A stretch of 62,273 nt of DNA, counting the filler, from Globobulimina sp. (taxonomy: Eukaryota): NCBI GenBank assembly GCA_003354225.1. It is 20 parts of 20 records of this genome, joined end to end, with 100 filler letters (N's around TTAATTAATTAA, not from the genome) between each part and the next. Parts side by side here need not be neighbours in the genome. Positions count along the whole stretch, not along the records: positions 46,788 to 49,805 come from PIVH01004004.1; positions 49,906 to 52,922 come from PIVH01004005.1; positions 53,023 to 56,039 come from PIVH01004006.1; positions 56,140 to 59,156 come from PIVH01004007.1; 16 more parts are not named here. One strand, given 5' to 3'. The first letter of the stretch is position 1. Each line of letters opens with the position of its first letter. Positions 46,788-59,156 of the stretch are shown here, one piece after another. The translations under genes were made by a program, and so were the position numbers. The notes under the pieces are model-generated. The model ran no database searches and was not told the DNA's origin. It was given only the letters and a program-made list of their open reading frames with translations.

Positions 46788-49265
46788 TCATTTCGCTCTG
46801 GCAATTTAGGATAAACAATTACTATTTCTTCAAAACTTTTACTTAATTTTTTATGATTATTAATAAATTGGATTGTTTTGATAAGTTCAGCAATGTAGGA
46901 TTTATCCATCAACACAGATCCTTTATAATCACGGAAAGGTTTATAAAATATTGTAAATGATTTTAAATTTACTAAAAATTGTAAAAAATATAATATATTG
47001 ACTCGATCTCCATCACTTTCAATAAGAAATAATGATCGAAATAATTCATATCCAAATCTAGTCTTTGTTTTAGTTTTATATTCTTCGATATCCATCCAAA
47101 CCAAATTAATAACACAATGATAAATATTAATGGCAAAATGATGAAATAATCTTAATATATACTCATCGATTGGCGATGCCATTTTATTCTCCAATTTACA
47201 TAACATCTCTTCATTTATCATTGCTTCCAAATGTTTTACATCGCCTTTCTTTGTTTTACGAATCTGCTGAGAATATCCACGGATCATTGCACTAAATGCA
47301 GTCAAAGGAAATATAAAATTTTCGTAATTTTTGCGTTGTTCAATATTTCGAATGGCAATAAATTTAAATGCTTGTAATCCGCCAATAAATAGTCGTTCAG
47401 ACTCAGTTGAAAAATCACTCCACCACTCACAATCGAAAAAATATTTGGCAGTGTCATCTCTGACTATTTGTAAAACAATACCCTCCGAACCAAAATTAAC
47501 AGCAGTCGTAAAATCGAGTGTAGTGCTGACGGGACCGCATAATTTGATGTTTGTACTCTTAAATATCATATCTGAGCTAATGCCGTGATAAAAATAATCA
47601 ATTTGTGGGTTATTCGCCATCGTATCGCCAAAGCACTCAATTAATTCTCTCAAATGTTTCGCCCAGTTTGCAACCTCAGAATGGCGACGTTTTAATGTGC
47701 GATCAGATTGGAATGGTGTGGTTTTCCGGAACGTTTTTGAAAATAAATAACATTGTTTGCTAAAATTTGTGTACATTAATAAGGATAAAATGTGATTTAA
47801 ACCAATTAATTCGCCATCTGCAATACCATAGCTTTCTTGCCACATTTTATTATTAGTACCATAATTACATTTTAATTTTCTTGTATTTTTATCGTTAATC
47901 CACAAATCCCGTTTAATTTTAGCTTTATTGAATGTAATCGTAAACTGATACATTGTAAATGCACAACAATTATTTAACAGAGCTTCTTCTTTGAGATTCT
48001 TATATTTACTGCAAATATACCATTCTGATAACAAATAGCCTTCATTTGATTCGGTCAGATTGCCCCTATTCCCTGCTTTAAATACAATTCTTTCTCTTTT
48101 ATGACAATTTTTAAAAAAGGGCCAATAAAAAAACCTCCATCCTTCAGAGTAAATATTTGCCGTCGAAGTGGTTTGAATGATAAATTTGTGACAAATCTTA
48201 TAAACTGATTTTCTTTCCTCATTATTGGGATTTGTTTGTATGGATTGAATAATATTTGAATCATTTTCAAAATCTAAACAAAGTGAATCCGTATCATATT
48301 CTTGTAAATGTATAAAATTTCTCAATATATTAAACGTCGAAAATCTAATTAAATTCTCATTCATTTCTTCATTTAACACATTAAAAAAGCCATCAATAAA
48401 ACAGATTTCTTCATTAGTGGCTTGTGACAACATCAACGAATCGTTTCCATAAACAACGGATTGATAAATTGCAACATTTTTATCATTTTTATTATTTTTT
48501 GAATTACCACTCGAACTGATAAATTTATTGAATTTTTTATATCTTCGATTATTATTAAATCTTTTTGATTGTTTACGTTTTTTTGCAATTATTTGACAAA
48601 TTATATCTGTATTCTCATCATATGATATATGCCTTGTTTTTGGTGCTTGTTTTCTTTCGTTTTTCTCTTTTTTTGTTTGTAAAATATCTTTTTGCGTGAT
48701 CCGCATCACATGATTTAAATCACAATGAATGGAATCTAATGTTTGTTGACAGAGTATATTCATTATTATGTCATCATTAGTCTCACTTAAATTATTTGAA
48801 TTATTAAATATAAAATATAGTGCATTTAATTTATAATTTTGTGTGTTGTATTCTTCTTCGTCTCTTTCAAATCGCCGCATAATATCACAGTCATTCGCTA
48901 CACATATTTTATTGTCTTCTTTTTCTTCCTTCTCTTCTTTTGCAAGTAATGTTTGTTTATTATCGATACAATATTTATAATCGATTAATAATTGTTGAAA
49001 ATTATATTTTTGCCCTAAACCTTTATTAATTGCATCATGAAATGAAATTGTTTGAATTTTATTTTCTTTTCTTACCCATAATTGGTACACATTTGAAATA
49101 CATTTAATTCGCACAAATGATAAATTGTCATCAAAATGTGATTGCTTTACAAATAATTTATTTATTTCACTCAAAATATCTGAATTCCCCCCTAAGATCC
49201 AACATAGTCAATAGATTCGCATTCTCCCTCTCCTTCTCCTTCTCCTTTTGTGCTTTGTCATCCAT
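46788..49265 (-). CDS. Large protein with a putative ADP-ribosyltransferase-like domain, 3' partial; possible frameshift in G6 at 49187-49192
   Basis: About 795 open codons. LLMYT...FYHG...GPVSTT...AVNF...GIVL...SDFSTESERLF follows the ART motif order. Confidence 0.65.
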
Positions 49266-49905
49266 GAAAAATATTTCTCCCAAAGGAAAATTTCTGGAAA
49301 TTTAAGAATTTACCTTAACGTTCAATTTACCTTGAATACAAATCTCAAATTATGAATCTTGAAACTATTAAACAATAAATTTGGATGGCTTTTGTTTTTT
49401 AATTGCAATTATGATGTTGCAGATTTAAGATATATGACAATGATGTTTTTGATGTTTTTTCTCAAACAAAAAAAAAACCTGACTGGAAAAGTGGACATCC
49501 CTTTTGGCGATGTCAAGCGTTAACAACTACGACAAAGAGATTGGATTACGAGAGCTTGTGCTACAGGAACTAACCGACATTGTCGACGATTTAGTAGTTC
49601 ACAAGCAACAGAATCCCAAACAAATCTATACCGAAGACAACAAATATTGCATATTACTGACCATCTGCTTGGAACGATGCATAACCTTTGACTTTTTGCT
49701 TCCTGCAAAATGGTCGATGGAAACGTAAAGTTTTCTGCAGTTTTCCAAAAAGTACTGAATATGCATCAGCCTAAATCTAAATGCACTAACCACGCGCTGT
49801 CTGGGNNNNNNNNNNNNNNNNNNNNNNNNNNNNNNNNNNNNNNNNNNNNTTAATTAATTAANNNNNNNNNNNNNNNNNNNNNNNNNNNNNNNNNNNNNNN
49901 NNNNN

Positions 49906-50291
49906 CTTTGCGGATATTCTTTATTTAACACATTTACATTTACTTCCATTTTGTGCAATGATTCAAGGTTTTCTTCGATTTTATCATGTACTTTTTGCTC
50001 ATTCTCGGAGATTATTACTTTGATGATTGAATGATTGGAATTTGAAGATGCTAATTTTTGCATTGCAGCAACAACCACAGATATTAATAATGAATGATTT
50101 GCAAATAATTCATGATCGGATATAAAATCTTTAAATGATGACGATTGTGTTGATAATGTATGACGTGTTTGCATGTTATACTTTATAAATATATGTTTAA
50201 TATCATTTAAACCATTCTCATTAACCCAACTCTCGAAATTAAATTCTTTTTCACCTTCATTTGATGTTTCATCCGGATCCACAGAACTCAT
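49906..50291 (-). CDS. Protein with SAM-like N-terminus and coiled coil, 3' partial
   Basis: FESWVNENGLNDIKHIFIKYNM resembles the first SAM helices. Confidence 0.55.
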
Positions 50292-50401
50292 TGTTACTTG
50301 TTAGCAACTCAGTTGCACCGAAACGACAACATCTTAAAAAAAAACTAAAAAAACTTTTTCACTCAAATACATCAACAAGGTAACATAACAACGTGTTTCC
50401 C

Positions 50402-51963
50402 ATGTTATTGTTAATCACATTGGCCGTAGTGATTGGTATTTGTACCTCTCGACGTACTGATTATACAGCTGAAGCATTAGGAGATGCAATAACAAATCTT
50501 CCAGGATTAGATACCAACACATTTGAGAAATATACCATGTTCAGTGGTTATATTAATGTGAATCCATCCGGTAATCGATCAATATTTTATTGGTTTGTCG
50601 AGAGTTTAAATGAGCCGCAATCCGATCCAGTGGCCCTATGGACAAATGGAGGTCCGGGCGTTTCAGGTCTTTGGGGAATGTTTACTGAAAACGGTCCATT
50701 TCGTCCAATGCAAAATTTATCGTTACGGGTGCAACCATGGTCGTGGGTTAATGCCGCCAGTATAATGTTTATTGAATGTCCAGCCGGCGTCGGCTTCTCT
50801 TTTTCGACAAATAACGCTGATTACCACACCAATGATGATAAAACTGCCATTGATAATTATCATTTTATCCAAGGATGGTTGGACAAGTTCCCTAATTTTA
50901 AAAGCAATGATTTTTATATTACATCAGGTGAGGTACTGTATAATATATATGCATATGAAATATTATCATAATTAATTATATATAATATAATATAGAAAGT
51001 TATGGTGGTCATTATATGCCCACTCTCTCTCAACAGATAATATTGGGAAATGCAGCAGGTGGTGACCCACAGATTAATTTTAAAGGCGTATTTGTGGGCA
51101 ATCCATATACGAACAATGTAGAAAATAATAAAGGCCAATATGAAACGTATGGTGGTCATTCATTGGTATCTCGCGCTGTTTACGCTGACTGGATGTCGGC
51201 CTGCCAAGATGGCAATGTTTCGAATTCTCAATGTTCTGCAGCAAAAAGTGCATTTTATAGAGATATTGGGAATAATATTGATTCGCTGGCTGTCGACTTT
51301 CCGACTTGTAAAGCAATGCCAAATTATAATGAAATCTATTTATTTTATAAACATCAAATAGAAGTTGAAGGAAATAAAAATATTTTAGTACCTCCAAAAA
51401 TTGTAAAAATGATTGAGTATTTTAATAAATATCCAGATAAAAAATATTATGCCGACCCATCAGATGGTCCATGGGATCCATCGGCAACATATCCGTTAAT
51501 TTTATCCATTGATGGTTTTGCCTACGATCCGTGCGAGGAAAACTGGTTAGATTCGTGGATGAATCAAGCATCGGTTCAAGCGGCAATCCATGTTTTGCCA
51601 AAACATTGGCCAGGAACGCAGATTAGTTATGGCGGAGGTTTGCCGGATATGACTGTTTTATGGAAATGGATCATTGCAAATAGCCCAACGCCGTTGCATT
51701 TAACTGTGGTGTCAGGGGACGACGATTCAAACTGTGGCTTGCCAGGAACGCAATATTGGATGGATGGCATGGGATGGACTGTGGAGGCAAACAATAAATG
51801 GAAACAATGGACGGACCCTAATAATCAGGTTGGTGGATATTTAACAAAATGGAAAAATGGCATGAATTTAGTTACTGTGCATTCTGCGGGTCATTTGATT
51901 CCTAAATGTCAGCCAAAAAGATCATTGGATGCATTTAAAAGATATTTAAAAGGAGAATTTTAA
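50402..51963 (+). CDS. Serine carboxypeptidase (S10); intron 50928-50995
   Basis: Signal peptide; WTNGGPG; spliced TSESYGGHY (catalytic Ser); SGDDD (Asp); SAGHLIP (His). 68-nt GT-AG intron. Confidence 0.95.
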
Positions 51964-52271
51964 TTAACAATTCCTTTTGTCTTTTTTTTTAAGTATTAAC
52001 TTTTGTAGTAAATATTATGGGGAAAAGTTAGTTAGCACTAGTCTAAGCATGGCCAAGCATGTCAAAATGGCCATATTACGTGTTTCATAGATAACGATCA
52101 TGCGGTGCATTGAGATAAATTACACACAATTCGTATCCATCATTGACATCATTTTTTTTGTTTCTCGACTCAAAAACCCTAAACAACTCTTCTTCACTAT
52201 TTATTTCAGAATTCGACGGACATTAAAAAAAAATGAACCGAATTAATTAGAATATTGTTTGTATTTACGTT

Positions 52272-52922
52272 ATGGCTGTATATGATTCTAGTTCTACTCA
52301 AACCAAACCAATCCTGTTCCAATCCGAAACCACCCTCCTTTATCTAACCAATACTACAAACGATAGTCCATGCATGCAAACTGCGAACGAAATACCCCAA
52401 GCAATCCAATGGGATGATCATGATAATGCTATCCCCATTTCGTGTGTCGGTAAACCGGATCTATCGCGAAGTCGTACCTCTTCTGGCTCGAGCTCTCTAT
52501 CATCCGCATACAGTGACATTCGTACAAACGATATCGATGAGTCATACGATGACACACAACCAATATATATTGAATCACAAGTATTGACCCGGGCGCACAC
52601 CATCGATGTTGATCTAGCTGATATTGACCTGACCGGTATTAGTATGCCACAAAGCATTCATGACAATGACACCCAAGACAGTTATGACTCGGCCTCCGAT
52701 TCTGAGCCAGATTATACCCCCACACCCACTGCGCGTTGCACTTATACTGCCTTACAAACACAAAAAACACACAAAATATATGTCCAAAATAGTGGCCCTG
52801 ACAACGACAATGACAATGAAAATGGCAGTCAAACCTCATTTGATTACAATGACGAAATACTGCCTCATAATACACCGACATTAGTAAACCATTCCACCTC
52901 TTCCTTTGACATTAGTTTATTA
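52272..52922 (+). CDS. Hypothetical low-complexity (S/T/D-rich) protein, 3' partial
   Basis: Open frame from ATG 52272 to the spacer. Confidence 0.5.
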
Positions 52923-53022
52923 NNNNNNNNNNNNNNNNNNNNNNNNNNNNNNNNNNNNNNNNNNNNTTAATTAATTAANNNNNNNNNNNNNNNNNNNNNN
53001 NNNNNNNNNNNNNNNNNNNNNN

Positions 53023-54833
53023 TAATTATTTGCATGTCAGAACGGCTGAAGAGGTATGCAAAGAATGGCGGAATGAGACATATGCCCAAAGTGAAGCTTT
53101 CTGGGCCATTAGAATTTTTTAATAAATTGGCGAGGTCTTCGAATAGATTCCCACGATATGTCGGCGAATTATATTTTGAATTACATCGTGGAACGTATAC
53201 ATCGCATGCATTGATTAAGAAAGGTAATCGTGTCAGTGAATTGCTGTTACAATTTGTAGAATTTGTGTATACGGTGTTGAATGTATATGGAATATGTAAG
53301 TATCCAGCTGATGATATTGATAAGTTATGGAAATTGGTGTTATTGAATCAATTCCATGACGTATTGCCTGGTTCATCCATAGAGTTAGCAAACATTGACG
53401 CAAGGCAGATATATGAAAAAGTTAGCATTGAATTAAGAAAATTAAGCAGCAGTGGATTGACACAATTTAGTGAGTATTTAGCATCGCAAACATCACAATC
53501 AGATGTGGATAATATTGAAAGTGCAGCGTGTATCGTGAATAACAAAAGTTGGAAAAGAAGAGAGTTATTACACATTTTAGATGGGGACTCATCCGTTTTG
53601 AGCGAAGATGATAAGAAAATGTGTCAGACAGCATATGATAATCAAAGATTAATTATGGTTGAATGTGATTCGTGTTCCATCTCACCATTAAAAGCAATAA
53701 AGAGTGTGGACATTGTGTCGATACATGTGAATGATGATATATTTATAATGGAGAATTCATATATTTATGTGGAGATATTACGAAACGGGATTATTAATTC
53801 ATTAATACATAAATCAACAAACAAACAAGTGATTAAAAAGGATGCAAATAGTGATGATATTGGTGGTAATAACTTGTTGTTGTTTGAAGATAAACCGTTA
53901 TTTTGGGAAGCATGGGATGTGGAAATATATCATTTACAAAAATATGAATCGGTGAATACTTCAGATAAAAATCTGAAAAATAGTGAGATGAAAATTATCG
54001 AAAATGGTCCATTAAGATGCGGCGTTGAATATAAATTGAAGATTTCTGACAAATCGACAATAATTCAACGAATATTTATCGAGTCGGAGAATGCTGCAGT
54101 TTTATTTGAAGCAGATATTGATTGGAAGGAGAAATATAAGTTTTTGAAAGTGCAATTTCCATTAAATATACGATCATCGGTTTGTAATTATGATATTCAA
54201 TTTGGTTTTTTACAGCGGCCGACAGTTATGAATAATACTGAGGATATTGCAAAGTTTGAAGTTGTTGGACATAAGTTTGCAGATTTAAGCGAATATGATT
54301 TTGGTGCTGCTTTAATTAACGACTCGAAATATGGATATTCGTGTTTTAGGAATTTATTACGGTTATCATTGCTAAGAGCACCAAAGAAACCTGATGCAAA
54401 TACAGATATTCATAAACATTTTATAAAATATTGTTTGTTGCCACATGAGCAAACCTTGCAGAAAGCGGATGTTATACAATATTCACAAAATTATAATCAA
54501 AAATTGACATATATTCAAAATAAAATACATCAATATCAATTGAATGGATTCTCATTTTTCCAGATTAGTACAAAACAAGTTATTTTGGATACAGTTAAAA
54601 TAGCACAGGGAGATAATTGCAATGATGTAATATTACGATTTTATGAAGCATTTGGTGGGAGAACGGAATGTAATGTAACAATCAAAATGAATAATATTAA
54701 AAAAGCAAATATTTGTAATTTATTGGAAGATATTGCTCATCAAATAAAAGTAATACAAATTGATAAGGAAACATCGCAAATTAAATTATATTTTCAACCG
54801 TTTGAGATAAAAAGTGTTAGATTAACTTTGTAA
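53023..54833 (+). CDS. MAN2C1: GH38 cytosolic alpha-mannosidase (MAN2C1/Ams1 type), 5' partial
   Basis: GELYFELHRGTYTS, LLNQFHDVLPGSSI, WEAWDV, AKFEV, NDSKYG, LSLLRAPK.PD. Confidence 0.92.
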
Positions 54834-55019
54834 TACTTGCCTAACACTTTGAAACATAAGACCTAATATATTATTAATTAGATAGACTATTTGCTTTTTC
54901 ATAGCAGAAATTGTTTGTCGAATAATGCACGCAAAATATTTAAACTTATTATTGATTCTGAAAATATAAAATCGGCAATATCGGCAAAAAACATTTTTTT
55001 AAGTGAAGTTAATTTAAAG

Positions 55020-55049
55020 TCCTATACTATCCTATACTATCCTATACTA
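55020..55049 (+). repeat. Perfect tandem repeat (TCCTATACTA)x3
   Basis: Read directly from the sequence. Confidence 0.9.
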
Positions 55050-55477
55050 AAGCCACCAAAAAAACCAAGAAGCGCAAGAGGTATTGGTGGCGAGCAAGGT
55101 ACTGGAACTCGAAGAATTGGTCAAAAATCAAGGTCAAAAAAGAAGGCGGGTTTATTGGCAGCGGGAGTTGTGGGCGCAGGCGCTGTTGTTGTTGGTGGTG
55201 CGATGGTTGCCACAAAAGGAAAAATCCTTTAAACGTTGAAGAAGAAGAAGTGGACCAAGTTGAAGAAGAAGGAGGAGACGAAGATGAAGATGATGGTGAA
55301 GATGAAGAAGAAGATGATGATGAAGCCGAAGATGAAGATGATGAAGAGGATGATGATGATGATGGCGATGATGACGATGATGATGATGATGATGAAGAAG
55401 ATGACGATGATGATGATGATGAAGGATGTTGCGGAGGTATGTTGGAAGGAATCATGGAGGGAGAAGGAGACGGATAA
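55050..55477 (+). pseudogene. Small basic / Gly-Ala-Val / poly-Asp-Glu protein gene lacking an ATG and with a frameshift
   Basis: AAG-CCA-CCA-AAA-AAA (xPPKK) sits where ATG would be expected. One extra A in the A5 run at 55220-55224 joins it to the (GAT/GAA)n acidic frame ending GEGDG*. Confidence 0.5.
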
Positions 55478-56139
55478 GGACTCTTATTTTGTAATTAAAT
55501 GATATAGTTTTGTATATACTGCTGTTTATACTGTTGTTTATTACGCACGCCGTACGTACTTAGATAACCCAAGTCAGATTGCACACTACTCGAAATTTGT
55601 GTTAGTATGAGATCTGAATTGAGTTATCATGTATAAGCGTTGTGTACAGTAGTCTTATCAAACTATAATGCATATTTAGTATAATTTGTTAAATGATATT
55701 TAAATTAATAATATTGATTCGCAATTTTTTTCAAACTTTTGCTTACTATATCACAGTTGTGAAAAACAGCATAATTTCAGTGTTCTATTTGAACATACTA
55801 ACTGGCGTTTTTTTGACAAACAACTTAATATTAGTGCAGTACCATAAATATTGCGTTCACCATAATAATGTACAATGTATTTGGTTGACATAATCAGACA
55901 AAAGCAATATTGCATCATCACAGTTCCATTCTAATAAACTATTATTAAAAATAGGTGGTAACACCTTAAATTCCTATTATACTGCAATTAAACTGTAGAA
56001 ATATCACATTGTAAATCTAAATTAAAATCAAACCAATATNNNNNNNNNNNNNNNNNNNNNNNNNNNNNNNNNNNNNNNNNNNNTTAATTAATTAANNNNN
56101 NNNNNNNNNNNNNNNNNNNNNNNNNNNNNNNNNNNNNNN

Positions 56140-56356
56140 CATTACAATTACAAAAAGTATCAATGAACAGGATTTAATCGATATGGCCATCCACAAAAAA
56201 GGGCATCGCAAAAAAATTCTCATTTTCATTCAAAAATATAATGATCAGCATGCAAATGCTGCTGATAATGTGGCTGATTATGATGAATATGCACAAATTG
56301 AAGGTAGCAATGATAAGCATGCCGTCGCTCCAAATCTTAAAGACACTGCTAAATAA
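56140..56356 (+). CDS. C-terminal SAM domain of a 5'-truncated gene
   Basis: EQDLIDMAIHKKGHRKKIL; stop at 56354-56356. Confidence 0.7.
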
Positions 56357-56400
56357 TAATTCTTTTTTTCTTCAAAATACTAAGTTCAAACGTGCGACCA

Positions 56401-58725
56401 ATGGCAACCAAGATGTCAACTTCTTTAACAGCAGATGTGTACCTTACTGGTCTCGCAATCGGTTATTTATCTGCCTTTGCCTCGTTATACTCGCAAATAC
56501 CAGGATTGTACGGTGAAAATGGCATATTACCAATTCATAGATTAGTTTCATCGCACTTCGCCAAAACGGAATCAATATTTAATATCACATTTTCAAAATT
56601 TAAATCATTTCCCTCCTTTTTTTGTCTAATTCATGACATAGAAATGAGTCCCGTCCATCTTATGGATATATTTTGTTTAATCGGTATACTTATTTCATTT
56701 CTATGCGTCGTCTCTCATACATTGAGGCACCGTTTCACCGCATTCACTTATTTATCATTATGGCTCTGTTACATCTCAATGTATTCCGTGGGCCAAACAT
56801 TTCTGAGTTTCCAATGGGATATAATGTTGTTAGAAATTGGTTTTTTAGCCATATTTATAAATTCCAAATGCAATTCTTTGAACGACCCCATATTTTTCCT
56901 AATCCGCTGGCTATTATTCCGCCTTTTATTTAGTTCCGGCGTCGTTAAGTTGCAGTCACAGTGCCCGACCTGGTGGGCACTCACCGCATTGGATTGGCAC
57001 TATGAGTCAACGTGTTTGCCCGCACCACTGTCGTACTATGCACACTTTCTACCGAAATGGATCAACCACTTTTCCGTCGTCATGGTGTATTTCCATATGG
57101 GGATAATGTCCTTTTTCATCTTAATGCCCATTCATGCAAATAATAACTTGTTCAGATATTCCAGGCTGTTTTGTGCCTATTTTGTGATATTTGTGATGAT
57201 ATTAATTATGTTGACCGGCAATTACAATTTTTTCAACCTATTAACTTGTGTGGCAGCCATCCCCTTAATGGATGATGGCCATTTAAAGTGGTTGTTATCT
57301 CCATTTGTCACACAATCAATACCCGAGCCTATAAATGATAAAATAAACAAATCAAACTGTATAACTTACATATTTTACGTGTTTGAACTTATCGTTTGGA
57401 TGTTGTTGACATATTTGTTGATTCATTATTTTACATTAAAATTCGTGTTCAATGGGATAACTTTCCAGAACTTGAGCCATGGCAATTGGTTGCAATTTGT
57501 GTATAGCGATATTTTAAATATTGTAGAAATTTCAGCGAAAATAAATTTTACAATGGACGATTTGGACAAATTTGCATCATTCGGGGTTATGGTAGCGATT
57601 ATTATGGGTTATATCAATTTGTTTCTTTCTTTTTTATTTGACACAATAAACACATTCCAAACCATTAAAAAACATCATACACTTTCATCACTTTACATAT
57701 CGTTGAAGTATTTGTTAAGAATATCCATTTCGATGTACATATTTCATCTATCATTTATTCCATTCAGTTCCATCGATAAAATGAATTACACACAGAATTA
57801 CATTCCCTTTTTATCACCAAACAATATGGCCACTATCAGGGATTATTATTCATCCACTCAACGTATGCACATTACAAACAGCTACGGCTTATTTCGTAGA
57901 ATGACCGGAGTCGGTGGCAGACCGGAGATTGAATTGTATGTCACAAATGACAACAGGCCGAAAGCAGTAAGCAATGAGAACTTTGATTGGATACTAAGAC
58001 TGCAATCAGATTGGAAACGCATTAAAAAAGGCGGATGGTTTCGGATACCGTTTCTATATAAACCGGGTCAGACTGACGTTGCTCCAAAGTTCAACATTCC
58101 ACATCAACCCCGGCTGGATTGGCAAATGTGGTTTGCAGCACTCGGCTCCTATCAACATAATGCATGGCTGATATCATTTATGTATAAAATATTAAGTGCT
58201 CATCAAGATATATTGCAGTTGATTGACGAGAATAACTATGTCTTTTCAAATAGATTCGAGATTGATAGGTTTATAAATAATGGAACTGCGTTAAATAAAA
58301 CACAAAGAAATGCTTTGGAGAAAAAGAGAAAGAGATTTACAAAATATATGAAGAAGAAAAATAATCCAAAATATATTACTGCGGTTTTGTATCATTATCA
58401 TTATGCACCGTTTAGTGATGGGAATAAATCCGAGTGGTGGACTCGGGAATATGTGCGAGATTATTTGAGTATGGTTCCAGTTCAAACAAAGCAACAAATT
58501 GAACATTGGTTAAAAACAAATAATTTTATTGGACAAAAAGCTATTTATTCTGCGCAAAGCAAAGACAATGCAATTGTGAAATATGTAAGAAATGTAAGAT
58601 ATTTGTATGAGAATCGTGTTCATACTCAATTTGGTCCAGTTATGTTTGTTCAATCGCTAATATTTACTGCTTTGGTATTAAGGACTATGAATATATATGT
58701 TAGCAAGGTAGGAATCATGTATTGA
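56401..58725 (+). CDS. LMF2: Lipase maturation factor (LMF2-like)
   Basis: QIPGLYGENGILP, GQTFLSFQWDIMLLE, RWLLFRL.FSSGVVK, TGNYNFFN, YGLFRRMTGVGGRPE, PHQPRLDWQMWFAAL. Confidence 0.92.
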   Translation: MATKMSTSLTADVYLTGLAIGYLSAFASLYSQIPGLYGENGILPIHRLVSSHFAKTESIFNITFSKFKSFPSFFCLIHDIEMSPVHLMDIFCLIGILISFLCVVSHTLRHRFTAFTYLSLWLCYISMYSVGQTFLSFQWDIMLLEIGFLAIFINSKCNSLNDPIFFLIRWLLFRLLFSSGVVKLQSQCPTWWALTALDWHYESTCLPAPLSYYAHFLPKWINHFSVVMVYFHMGIMSFFILMPIHANNNLFRYSRLFCAYFVIFVMILIMLTGNYNFFNLLTCVAAIPLMDDGHLKWLLSPFVTQSIPEPINDKINKSNCITYIFYVFELIVWMLLTYLLIHYFTLKFVFNGITFQNLSHGNWLQFVYSDILNIVEISAKINFTMDDLDKFASFGVMVAIIMGYINLFLSFLFDTINTFQTIKKHHTLSSLYISLKYLLRISISMYIFHLSFIPFSSIDKMNYTQNYIPFLSPNNMATIRDYYSSTQRMHITNSYGLFRRMTGVGGRPEIELYVTNDNRPKAVSNENFDWILRLQSDWKRIKKGGWFRIPFLYKPGQTDVAPKFNIPHQPRLDWQMWFAALGSYQHNAWLISFMYKILSAHQDILQLIDENNYVFSNRFEIDRFINNGTALNKTQRNALEKKRKRFTKYMKKKNNPKYITAVLYHYHYAPFSDGNKSEWWTREYVRDYLSMVPVQTKQQIEHWLKTNNFIGQKAIYSAQSKDNAIVKYVRNVRYLYENRVHTQFGPVMFVQSLIFTALVLRTMNIYVSKVGIMY

Positions 58726-58837
58726 CAAATATATATATTTATAATTATAACGTTCAATAACAACTGCTCCACAGTTGCCGGCCTGGAATGTTTTTAATTT
58801 TTAAAGGCAACCACTAATTAAATAAAGTCACAGTACA

Positions 58838-59156
58838 ATGGATGATCGTGAGATGATGGCTGCTATTTTATCAAAACCAAGAAATGAAACGGAAAACAAG
58901 GAGGAAATTAATAAGATGAAAGTTAAAAGGAAAAAGAAAATAAAGAGAATTGGGTTCCAATTTATTATTTCAAACCAATTGCCGCAGGTCGCTTATATGA
59001 CAATATTGGACAAATATAATTTGTTTATATTTGGATTTGTATTGTTTGTCACCATCGAAACAACGTTGGTTGCAATTGGCTATAATGTGGTGGGTATTTT
59101 TGAAAATTCTGAACAATTGAATTATGGGGAATATATGAAGACTTGCATTTTAAAAC
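58838..59156 (+). pseudogene. Pentameric ligand-gated ion channel (pLGIC) M2-M3 fragment joined directly to a short hydrophilic N-terminus
   Basis: FQFIISNQLPQVAYMTILDKY matches the pLGIC M2-M3 loop (LP.V.Y.T..D.Y). The extracellular domain and M1 are absent. Confidence 0.55.

Noticed and set aside
55042-55502. Poly-Ser ORF (55042-55455, minus) and poly-Met/Lys ORF (55236-55502, plus)
   Set aside because: These are alternative readings of the GAT/GAA tract.
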